From the IMG/VR virus record IMGVR_UViG_3300031552_000001, positions 32,001-96,000 of that record: 64,000 bases of DNA, one strand, 5' to 3'. Position 1 is the first letter of the stretch. Each line of letters opens with the position of its first letter. Source of the DNA: a virus. The notes beneath the pieces were generated by a model, which did not search any database, was not told the origin of the DNA, and saw only the letters and a program-made list of their open reading frames with translations. The translations under genes and the position numbers were made by a program. Of the stretch, positions 45,306-55,400 are shown in pieces.

Positions 45306-46206
45306 CACCATTCCCGGCATCGCCTTCCTCACTTTCTTCGCGGAATTCACCTTCATCTGTTCCATCTCCGCTGTAAGAGCCAGAAGGCCCTACTAAATCG
45401 GAAATGGCAGGTATGGCTTCGTCTTTATGCGCCATTATCCAATGTCGCACTTCTTTGAGTTGCTCTTCATAGCCGCCACCCTCACCATAAAGAATATCGT
45501 ACAGAGATCGCAGCTCCCTACACAAAGCTGTGAGGGTTTTTACATTTCCATACCCATCAGCCTTGTACGCTAAGTGTTGTATTCTAAAAGAAATCTGTCG
45601 ATGGGAGTCTCTCAACGACTGTTTGTAATCATATTTTGGGTTCAAACCAGCTCTGAACAATGCTTGCTGCTCGCCACACAGCAACGGGGCCATGTAGTCG
45701 TCGTACGCCAAGTGATTACCAAGAAACAAATCCCACTCTACTCTAGTAAGGTTTCTCCTTCTCCAAAAATAGTGCTCGTAATAAATAATCATGCTCTCTG
45801 TAAGAGATTCAGATAGCCTATATTTCCTGCTCAACTTATCGGCGATTACGCTGTACGGAACATCCCCCATTAGAAGAATATGGAGGTCGTGCTGGTAGCT
45901 TTTATCCCCGTGCTCCCCGAATATATCAGTAAGCACTCTTTTCATCGGAGCGTCTGGGCGCCAAATAGTATATATACGCTCCTGCTTCATGAACTGAATT
46001 GTAGGAGCATGCCTTGCGTTATTAAAAAGGAAGTCAGGCGGAGCTTGAAAGGTTTCTAACAAGGTCTCCCAGCTTTCATCGCGAATGCTCATAAGCCCTA
46101 GATTGCGTAGAGTAGTGTTTATAGTGTCTAATGTAGGGGTTTTTTCTGGATCCCCCCAAGAAGACGCAAGAAGATACCGAATATAATACTCACTAGGGTG
46201 TCTCAA
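45298..46206 (-). CDS. Hypothetical helical protein (small terminase candidate, unproven)
   Basis: Intact 302-aa ORF with TTG start; function guessed from context only. Confidence 0.55.
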   Translation of the reverse strand: MRHPSEYYIRYLLASSWGDPEKTPTLDTINTTLRNLGLMSIRDESWETLLETFQAPPDFLFNNARHAPTIQFMKQERIYTIWRPDAPMKRVLTDIFGEHGDKSYQHDLHILLMGDVPYSVIADKLSRKYRLSESLTESMIIYYEHYFWRRRNLTRVEWDLFLGNHLAYDDYMAPLLCGEQQALFRAGLNPKYDYKQSLRDSHRQISFRIQHLAYKADGYGNVKTLTALCRELRSLYDILYGEGGGYEEQLKEVRHWIMAHKDEAIPAISDLVGPSGSYSGDGTDEGEFREESEEGDAGNGDA

Positions 46207-46231
46207 AGCTCGCCTCTATTCTGGTTCAGAG

Positions 46232-48244
46232 TTAATTAGAAAAACTCAGCTCTTTTTGCTGAAGAGACTGTAAACCTAAAATTACGTCTTCCAACGCCGC
46301 AAGCATTCGCTCTACGGCAACTTCTGGGACCTCTTTAAGGCCAATCCTAACCGCTAACAAAAGCTCGGCTAATTTAGACGACGCGGCTTGCAGCGCAGGC
46401 AATAGGTCAACGAAAGTAGAGACGTTTTCAGCGTTTAGAAACCCCAAACCCAAGATCTTGTCCGCTGTAAGCGCATCATCCAGTACAGTAGCTTCCTTAG
46501 CTAAAAAGTAATTGTAAATAGGGGGGTTTAGCTCCGACAGTTCCTTTTTTAGCTCTCCTCTGATGGAAGCTAGCTTCTCTCCTACAGAACCCAACACCTT
46601 GAGGCCCCCTACTGAAACTCTCTCCCCGCGTTGGGCTCTATCCAAAGCAGTTTTACAAAACGTCGGCTCCATGCCCAACGCTACCCCTAAGAACATCGCA
46701 TCTTTTCTGTTGACGAATTTGGTGTAGTCCGAGGCAACTTTAGCAATCGCGGGCCCTCTGAACGTAAATATGTCTGCGGTATCGCCTACTATATCCACCG
46801 TGCCAAGCTTGTTATCGAACGCGAGTTTCGAAAACATAGTAGGGTCAGAAACGAGCTCCGTTTTACCTCTCAGGGGCATCCAGTTTAAGAAATTGGGGAG
46901 CACCCACTCCGATTCCCCCATCTGTACTGGCTTGGCTAGTCCTTCTCCAAAAGAAAACGTTACTTGACCCCCTAGCTCTGTTTCCGCCAAGAAACGAACC
47001 CCTGTTGGGGACTGCATTGAGCTGATTACCGTCATCGGAACAAAAGCTTTTGCCGTACCGTGGTCTATGTAATAAAGAGTGCCGTACCCTTTTGGTATCC
47101 CTTTTGGTATATCAGTGGACTTACCGGCTACCTCACCCGCAATTGTTTCCTGAACAGCGTACTGGGACCCATTGGTGAATAGCGACAGAGGAAGTACCTG
47201 CAAATCCAATGTCATGATCTTTGGAAACACCCACCCTATAAGAGTGTTGCCGGTGCTATCTTGCACTTTCCAAATACCAAACGAATCGGCGGCCTTCACC
47301 TCTTCAGCTTCTAAGGTTTGCTTCACAGGAGCGTCAGGACTTACTGTAACAGAGCCGTCACTTTCCAGCCGTTCTTGCATGTCCTGATCACCCATCATGT
47401 CTTGGGCAACCGACATGGGCACCTCTTCCTGCTGAGGAGCAAACATGCCGTCCGTAGCCCACTTCACTAGCGCTCTGTTGGTTCCCAGCTTACTTAGCTG
47501 TACAACAGTAGGTTTAATATGATTGGCTACGAAAGAAGCTACTTTTTCTGGGTCTGAGGGCGATAGTCTAAGAGCAGAAGCAAACGCTGCCTTTACCCCT
47601 TCGTTTCCATTACGTACTGCCGCATTCATCGAAGGGTCTGATAATGCTTCTTTAAGTCTCGAAGCGTGACCTTCTTTAATACGCCCGTATAGCAACGGCA
47701 AAAGCGGAAGATTTTCAATTTCCTTTTGCGCACTTCCTACTTTCGCCCCTCCAGAACCAAAACCCCCAAACCCCGATCGAAGAGGGGGCTGCAAATCATT
47801 GACCAGAGAGGGGTCCATTGGTCGAAGCCTAGTAACGTCAAAAGCCTCTGGCCTCATAAGCATCTCTCGAAGTCGGCTCTCTGTTAGCCTGTAATACTTC
47901 TTACCACTAATAAAAATATCCAAAGGAGAGAGCATCTGCTCTTTTACGACAATAGGTATGTGCGCTTTGTCTAACCCGGACGTCTGCATTTCCTCTACAG
48001 TCATCGCCGTTTTAGGCCTAACCTCAATAGAGCCGAAAGCGTAGCCTCTCTCTTCATCTTGCTTGTCTATAAGTACATGTACTTCATACGTGCTCAGATA
48101 CGGAAGCTGCTTGTACGCCTCTTGAATAATCTCTTGGGGCCAGTTATCGACATTATCCCCTAATCTGGTAAGCATCCCAGCAAGCTTTTCAGTTCCCTCA
48201 AATTGGATAGGGGCGTCAAGGAACAGGGCTTCTTGTACAGACAT
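46232..48244 (-). CDS. Large virion-type protein (KxA motifs)
   Basis: ATG 48244 after AGGAG; EKLAG, EKVAS, SKLAF, AKVAS, EKLAS, SKLAE. Confidence 0.7.
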   Translation of the reverse strand: MSVQEALFLDAPIQFEGTEKLAGMLTRLGDNVDNWPQEIIQEAYKQLPYLSTYEVHVLIDKQDEERGYAFGSIEVRPKTAMTVEEMQTSGLDKAHIPIVVKEQMLSPLDIFISGKKYYRLTESRLREMLMRPEAFDVTRLRPMDPSLVNDLQPPLRSGFGGFGSGGAKVGSAQKEIENLPLLPLLYGRIKEGHASRLKEALSDPSMNAAVRNGNEGVKAAFASALRLSPSDPEKVASFVANHIKPTVVQLSKLGTNRALVKWATDGMFAPQQEEVPMSVAQDMMGDQDMQERLESDGSVTVSPDAPVKQTLEAEEVKAADSFGIWKVQDSTGNTLIGWVFPKIMTLDLQVLPLSLFTNGSQYAVQETIAGEVAGKSTDIPKGIPKGYGTLYYIDHGTAKAFVPMTVISSMQSPTGVRFLAETELGGQVTFSFGEGLAKPVQMGESEWVLPNFLNWMPLRGKTELVSDPTMFSKLAFDNKLGTVDIVGDTADIFTFRGPAIAKVASDYTKFVNRKDAMFLGVALGMEPTFCKTALDRAQRGERVSVGGLKVLGSVGEKLASIRGELKKELSELNPPIYNYFLAKEATVLDDALTADKILGLGFLNAENVSTFVDLLPALQAASSKLAELLLAVRIGLKEVPEVAVERMLAALEDVILGLQSLQQKELSFSN

Positions 48245-48255
48245 GGTATTTCTCC

Positions 48256-49431
48256 TCACTTCGAGAAAGTCGTAGTGGACAGCAGCTCAGCGAGCTGCCC
48301 GTTAAGAGACGCTAAAGCAGGCGCGGCTACAACAGGCGTTCCTGGAGCAGCGCAGGTAAAAGAGGATATTTGGGTTATCAAGCTGGTAAGAAAAGACACT
48401 AATTTATCCCCTTTGACGAAAGGAGACGTAGCTCCGTTACCGAGGTGTATTACTGGAGAGTCTAACTGAGCTTTAGTCGCACTTTTCAGAACGGCTTCCG
48501 TTTTTCCTTCTACTACTACCCGTGCGGACGTAGACCTTACAGCAGTCTCTTGCTGAGCTTCTGCCGTAAATGAGCTCCCTGCACTCAACTCTATAGAGCC
48601 GTCAGTGGCACCCATGACAATATCTCCCTCAGACACCGTCAGCCCCCAACTCTTTTTTACTTCCCATGCTATACTTCCTTCTTTGGAAATATCCATATGA
48701 GCTACTATAGCCGCGCCCTCTTCTCCAGACTCAAACACCTCCAACAGCAGTGTAGTAGCTTCGCTCTCCCCGTGGGAACCAATACTAAGCGTAGCAACAT
48801 GCCCTCGGTCGTTCCCTTTTTCCTTAACCTTCAAAGAAAATTTTGTTAAGGCCTCACCGTCCGTGGTCTGGTCATCTCTCTCTGTGCTCCACACGAGCTC
48901 TCCACCAAAGGTAAAAAGCTCATAGTTCTCACAAAAATCTCTAATGAAATTTCGAATAGGGACGTACATTCTTTGGGCTGTTGGAGTGGCCCCTATTTGT
49001 ACTACTCCCCCCCGTCTCAAAACTACAAAGTTCTCGTCTCTCGTTCGTAACATAATATCGCCGGGATTTAGGGTTTGTCTTCCTCCTCTAAAACCGTCAA
49101 AATCCATGTCATGAGCGGACTGAAAGCCTAAGACAAAAGGAGCAGCAAACCTGCCCCCGCTGGGGACACACACCCACACCATAGACCCTACTTCCGGTTG
49201 TGCGTAAACACCCTCTCCATTAGCGAAATGAAAATACGGGCTCATTACCTGTAAGTCAAAATACCTCTTATTTCCCAGTTCGCTAATGCAGTCTACACTC
49301 CAGCTCTCTATGTTAACGTTAATCACTCTACACGTTTCTATAGACGCTCCTCTCCATTCTGACTCTAATATGCTAACTGGTTGTGGAGGTCTGCCTGTAG
49401 GGCCTAAGTTATTTAAAGGGGTAGTTGGCAT
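48256..49431 (-). CDS. Baseplate central spike-like protein (gp5/gpV-type OB fold plus beta-helix)
   Basis: CRVINVN..SWSVD...YAQPEVGSMVWV OB-fold pattern; repetitive beta C-terminus; VIHLG..A..P.VKGD tip region. Confidence 0.65.
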   Translation of the reverse strand: MPTTPLNNLGPTGRPPQPVSILESEWRGASIETCRVINVNIESWSVDCISELGNKRYFDLQVMSPYFHFANGEGVYAQPEVGSMVWVCVPSGGRFAAPFVLGFQSAHDMDFDGFRGGRQTLNPGDIMLRTRDENFVVLRRGGVVQIGATPTAQRMYVPIRNFIRDFCENYELFTFGGELVWSTERDDQTTDGEALTKFSLKVKEKGNDRGHVATLSIGSHGESEATTLLLEVFESGEEGAAIVAHMDISKEGSIAWEVKKSWGLTVSEGDIVMGATDGSIELSAGSSFTAEAQQETAVRSTSARVVVEGKTEAVLKSATKAQLDSPVIHLGNGATSPFVKGDKLVSFLTSLITQISSFTCAAPGTPVVAAPALASLNGQLAELLSTTTFSK

Positions 49432-49450
49432 TGTATGGGGGCCTTTAGCT

Positions 49451-52400
49451 CTAATACGCCCAAGGGGTGTCAGAAGGCGGTTGACCGAATTCTTTTCCTA
49501 CAGCCATGCCGGGTATGGGGTGGGTACCGTGCAAAACAGACTTCCACCCTTTCGCTGCGGCATCCAGTATAGTGCTCTTCAAGCTCCTGCTTTGAAGTCT
49601 GGCAATCCAGTCAGTTTGTAGCTCCAACGGAAGCATGTTCACGCCCTGCAACACCGGCTTATACGTCACTTGTTTCTGCCCCGGCTTCAAGTTACGATTG
49701 AACGCCGCTATCTCCGAAGTAGCCGCATGATCTCCTCTAAGCAATGTGTCGTGATCTCCAGGGTCTACTACTTCGCTCAAATTAGTCATAGCCCTGACAA
49801 ACGTCTCCACATTACGTCTTCGAACAGGCCCCTCGTCTTTATATGCGTTCCAAATCTCGTCCGTTAGATACTGCTGCACAGTGTTTATATTAGTGCGCGC
49901 CAACATATCTCTTGGGTTTTTGGGGCCGTCAGAAAGAGCGTCCCCCGCCTTAACTTCTTGCCCCTTCTTTACGGATATTGACCTAGTTGCAGGCACATAG
50001 TGAGGCACGGCAGACTCTAAACTAGACGCCTTATTCGGAGACACCATGACTCTCCAGCCGCCTGCCGGGTCTTTCTCTATTTTCGACACTGACCCTTCTG
50101 TATCTGCTAAAGTAGCCGCCCCGGGAAGTTTTTTAGGCACGTTAAGCAACTGCTCCAGTCGATTAAATAGACTTGTAGCGCTAGTGCCTTTAGCTCCTAC
50201 AATTCCGCCGGTATGAAAAGAATTATGCGTGCGTATTTTATTAGCGCTAAACGCCCTACTTGCAGTAGACAAATCGTAAGTCCAACCGCTGTACTTTACT
50301 TCCCTTACAGACACCACTTTCGAATAATAAAGATCGGGATAAAGCTCTGGTCCCGCATATCTGCATAAAAAAGACCAAGCTTTTTTAAAAAGAGAAGTCA
50401 CTTTCTCAAAAACCCCAGGACTTTTAGAAGAAGACCACTCTCGAGTAATGCCTACGTATCTTCCATTGATTGCCCTTGTGTGAAAAGCAGCCTCTTGTTG
50501 TTCTTTATAAGCCTCTTTCGAAATCAGTGTGGTCCTTAAACACCCTGCGCAACTTACGAGCACCAAATCATACTTAGTGCTATTTCTATAGCCCCTAACA
50601 TCACGCACGGGTTCTGCGCATCCACAAAAACCACACTTGCCGGAGCCTGTTCTCGCCAACGTTGCGTGGTTGCCTTGCGCTATCAAGTAACTTCCGCTCT
50701 CCGTCCTCATTTCGTACATCGTATCGCAAGGCTCGTGCCTCTGTATTGTGTACACCGCGGTATATTCATACCCATCCCATACTTTTAGCCGCTCTGTAAC
50801 TTTTGTTTCCATCCCTCTATCTACAGAAACGTCGCTGTATACTTGATCCCAAAGAGATTTCAGAGTCAGTATAGATACCGCCCCGTCTGTAGTTTTTATG
50901 CGCACCTCAGAGTCTTCGGCTAAGCAGTTCATGGCTAACTGCGTTGCGGGCTCACCCAATGCCTGCGCAGCTATTACTCCGACGTTAGAGCCGGGAGAAT
51001 GTAGCTTTCCTTCTTCATTCAGACCGTAGCATTTGCTACATAAGCCCTTACCGTGAGCGCATTTTAGTGGAGATCTAACTTCCAGCTTAGTAATTTTGTT
51101 GTTTCTCAGCCGGCTCAGGAGATCGGGGGTCACTAAAGTACCTGCGGGCACTTTTCCTTTATCTATACCGGCCTTTACTCCCAAATCGATATCCTTAACA
51201 GTAAATCTGTCAAGAACGTCGTTGTTGTCTACGGGCAGAACCACGCCCTTAGTGGTGCCGCAATCATCATCCACTATCAGTTGATTCATAGCGGTATTCA
51301 CAAGATGTTTAGACATCTTACCGGGAGCCTGGGTACCCTGAACTCGGCCTATTGTGCCCATTCGAGCTCCGTGCATAGAGGCAAAGTAAGAGCCGATATC
51401 CAGCCCCTCTGAATAGGATTTAGGGATAGGGATCGGGACAGGTTCTCCCCTAGAATCGGCAACCAGCATAGGCGCCACAGTCATTTGCTTAAACTGAGAC
51501 CAACTGCCTCTAGCACCAGACTTCACCCAGTCGTACATTCTATTCTTGCTACGGTCTGCTCGTTTCTTGGCCACGCCGTGAATTTTATCTGCGGCAGAGG
51601 CATAAAGCTTTACGATCTCTTCCTTTCGTCTGATTGGACCATATGTCTTGGACCGTATTTTAGCTTCCTTGCCGGCAGCGTCTTTCAATACCTCATCTCG
51701 ATATTCACGGTCTGATAAGAAGTCATCTAGCCCAATAGACATCCCAGTAGCGTATTCGTTTCCGATATCCTTTAGCCGGTCAGCAACTACCCCAAAATCC
51801 TTCGGAGACTTCTTTGCAACTTCCGTAAGCAAAGAGTTCAAAGTCTTCTTATCGAGCATGAAAGAAGTGTCATTTAGTATCCTAGAGTCTCGAAGGTCTG
51901 TAGGTAAGGAGTGGTACAGCATAACTCTACCTACCGTAGTCTTTACGGGCCCTGCTGCTTTTTTGAACAGGGCGCCAAAGGGGTCTCCGTCCAACTCGTT
52001 TAGCTTAATAGGATCGGTAAGCCGAATACGGCCCTCCTTTACCGCTCTCGCGGCATCCGCCACAGAAGAGAAACGAACAGGATCCCTATCCTCTACTTCC
52101 GTAAGCTTATAAAGCCCCATCATTGATTCTTGAGTAGGCTTAGACATAAGGTAGCCGGTAGTAGGGCTAAACAAATTAAAGGAAGGCAGCATCTTTATCG
52201 CTTCCTTCACAGCCTTCTGACTCACAGGTACGAAAGCGCTCATTTTGTCACCGTCGAAGTCAGCGTTGAAACCCGAAGTGACTAACGGGTGGACTTGAAC
52301 AGCCTTTCCTTCAATAAGCCTAGGTCTAAATGCTTGTACTCCAAACTTATGTAAAACAGGGTCTCTCTTAATAATGATAGGACGTTCATCTACCACAACC

Positions 52401-55400
52401 TGCAAGGCATCCGCTGCCGCGGGATGGTTTTTCTTTACCATGTCTTGTGCATCCAGAGGCTTGTGCCCTAACTGCACTAAACGACGTATTACAAAAGGCT
52501 TATATAGCTCCGCCGCTGCTTTTCTTGGTAACCCTACTTCATCTAAACTAAGAGAAGGCTCAGGGGTGATAACTCCCCGCATAGACAGGTCTTGTCGCCT
52601 TCCTATGATTTTATCTTGGAAAAAACCCTCCTTAGGCTGCCCACCTTTCTCGCCAGACCCGGAGATAGTTTGCATTATAGCGTTTCTATGCTTGCCTTGA
52701 TGAACCCCTCCCGTAAGCATTACAGCTTTTAACCCGTCGTATAGAGCAGACTGAAGCTCTACTTTTTCTTCTGGGGGAAGTGCAGAATCGAACCCTTTCA
52801 GCTTCGAATTTACATGTCCTATGTGATTGTAAAGGCGGTTCACGTCATCGTACCGAATCACGCCATTATCCATAACTATGATAGGTCTGAAAACCGGAGG
52901 CAGCACCGGCAGATGCTTCATTGTGTACGCTTCAGAAGGGGACAAACCGGCCCTATCCAGGGCTCTTAGGTATTTAAGTTTTTTGTTGGCATCATTAAGC
53001 TTCGAAGCTCTAAGAGTAGGTAAACGATCTTCTATGTCTTTCTTCATCTTTTTTAGGTCTAGTGCTTTAACAGCGGCTACTATCGCTTGAGGGCCTGTCA
53101 TACCGTTTAGGCGCTCCCCTCCTGTAACTATGCGATTAAAGCTATTTTGGTTTAGACCAAGCAGAGAAGATATGGGCCCCTCAAATACAGGATTCGGCAT
53201 TCTTTCCGGAAGAGGAACATGCGACCATTTCGTACCGCGTACGCCGCCCGTAACTTTTGGATCAAATATACCTCCCACTTCCTCACGAGCATCCTTAGCC
53301 CACAACGCTCTACCCGCGTCAGCTAAGGCCCCATTGCTCATTTCTAAGACTTTTTTGTCGGTAAGGGGCTGTAGTATTAGGTTGTTACCCTCTTTGCTGA
53401 TATCTAGCCCCATTCCCTTGAGGTATCCTTCGAACTTTTTGAACACGAACGGCACTTTTGGGGTAGGCACTGAATCGCCTGCCTGTAGCTGAGTCCAAAA
53501 CTCATCGTTGAAATCCGACTTCAAGGTCTGCATTTCTCTGATGTTTTCTCTAGCGTTATGGGCCAGTAGGGCATACAGCCCCATTGCGTCCATAGTCTGT
53601 CCGCCTTTAGGTCCCCCACCGGAAGGAAGTAGGTTAGAGTCATACGCATCTCTAGATCGTACAGACAGCCCCTTATCGGCCGTATGGTGAAGCTTCAAAA
53701 TATATTGTGGGCCAGTAAGTACGTCAGGGAATTTTCTTCCCGTCTCGGGGTCATAGAGGTCCTCGGTGTCGCTCACGCCGTTCTTTTTCAGCTCATCTCT
53801 AAGATGGCGAGTGTAGTCTGTAATTTTCGGATCAAAATTATTGACGACGTAAGGCTTACCTTTTTTCTCAGCAAGCTTTGCAGCAGCAGTCTCCAACACT
53901 TGCCCCAAATTTATCCGGGTCGGGACCCCAGTCTGGTTTAGAAGCACCTCTACCGGCTTGCCTTCTTTTGTCTTAGGCATCTCGCTGTCTGGAATTACTC
54001 GAGTAACCACTCCCTTATTTCCATGACGACCAACTATCTTATCTCCCACGTCTGCGGGAACCTCGGCCCTAACATAGACGGTAGTGTTTTTTCCGTGTTT
54101 TGCTACCCTAGTGACTGTCCCGGGAACATCTTTGGTCCATCTAATCTCTCTAGGCTTCCACGGTCTAATAAGGCCTTTCGAAAATAGACCTAATTTCTGT
54201 TCGTCAGGAGTTACGTTTTCCTCCTTCAACACTCCAAATAGGATATCGTCTTTGTTTACAGTTTGTCCCTCTCTTATAATGGCGTCCTCATCCAGCTTAT
54301 CTGATTGCTCTTTCGTAACCTTACCGGCCATATAAGACATGAATTTCTTTTTATCTAACTGGATACTTTTTTCGGCCGTAACTTTTTCTCTAAATAAATG
54401 TTCGCTGTTTCCGCACCATCTAGGCTTCCCGTTCCTACGAACGTAAACGACTCCAGAGGGCACTGACACGCACCACACTTTAATAGGCTCTTTAAGTTTT
54501 GTAAGCTTGAGTTTAGAAAAATCAGAGGCATTAAGGTGAGGCGAGTGTTCCTCTCCAAGTATTGATACTCGGTAGGAATCTACCGTAGCGGTTACTACTT
54601 CTCCAGTAGACTTTGTAGAGGAATAGCCTGCTTTGCAGTGAATGGACCAATTAGCAGAGTACCCGCAGTGTAACGCTAACCGCTGCACATCGTCTCGTAG
54701 TCGAACACTAGAGGTAAAATATGACCCCTTCTTTTGCATAGAAAGTCCGCCGTCCCCTAAAAGCAGACCTTCCAAAAGTATGCGCGACTGCCTTTGGCTC
54801 AAAGACCAAACCCATTCTGGTAGGTACTTATCTACGGCTTTACCAAACTGACTAAGATAAGACGCCGCTTGCTTGCTAGACCAAAGCCAACGATCGCAGC
54901 TAGCCAAAGTCCCAAACCCTAACCGGGACGAAAGCTCTTTCAGAACTTTTTTTACTCTAGGCTTAAACTGCCGTATCGAGACCTTCGGGGACTTTTCGTT
55001 GCCCCCTCCTTTATAATCGCAGTGACCCTCTGCAATATACAACCCGAACAACAGGCACCAGTCGTCCATGTTTATAGAAAGTGGAGAGATTTCACGAGAA
55101 TTATATTCAGGACCATGGGGGTTACATTTTCTTATCGACGGCAACCTAAAGACATCTTGATCTGGGCCCGCATTCTCTGCTGTGCGAAGTAGTCTAACTC
55201 TTTTATTTAATAAAAGACTAGCTTCTACTTTTTCGAACACCTTCTTCTTAGACGGACTGACGTACAGTTTATGAGTAGGCGTAACGCAAATATCAAATTG
55301 ACGAGAGGAAGCCATCGCCATTGTGTCTGACAATCCATCATGAAACTCTATTATGCTTTGGTAAGACAGTTTTCCATCTTGAAGAGAAGCCACAAGGTCG

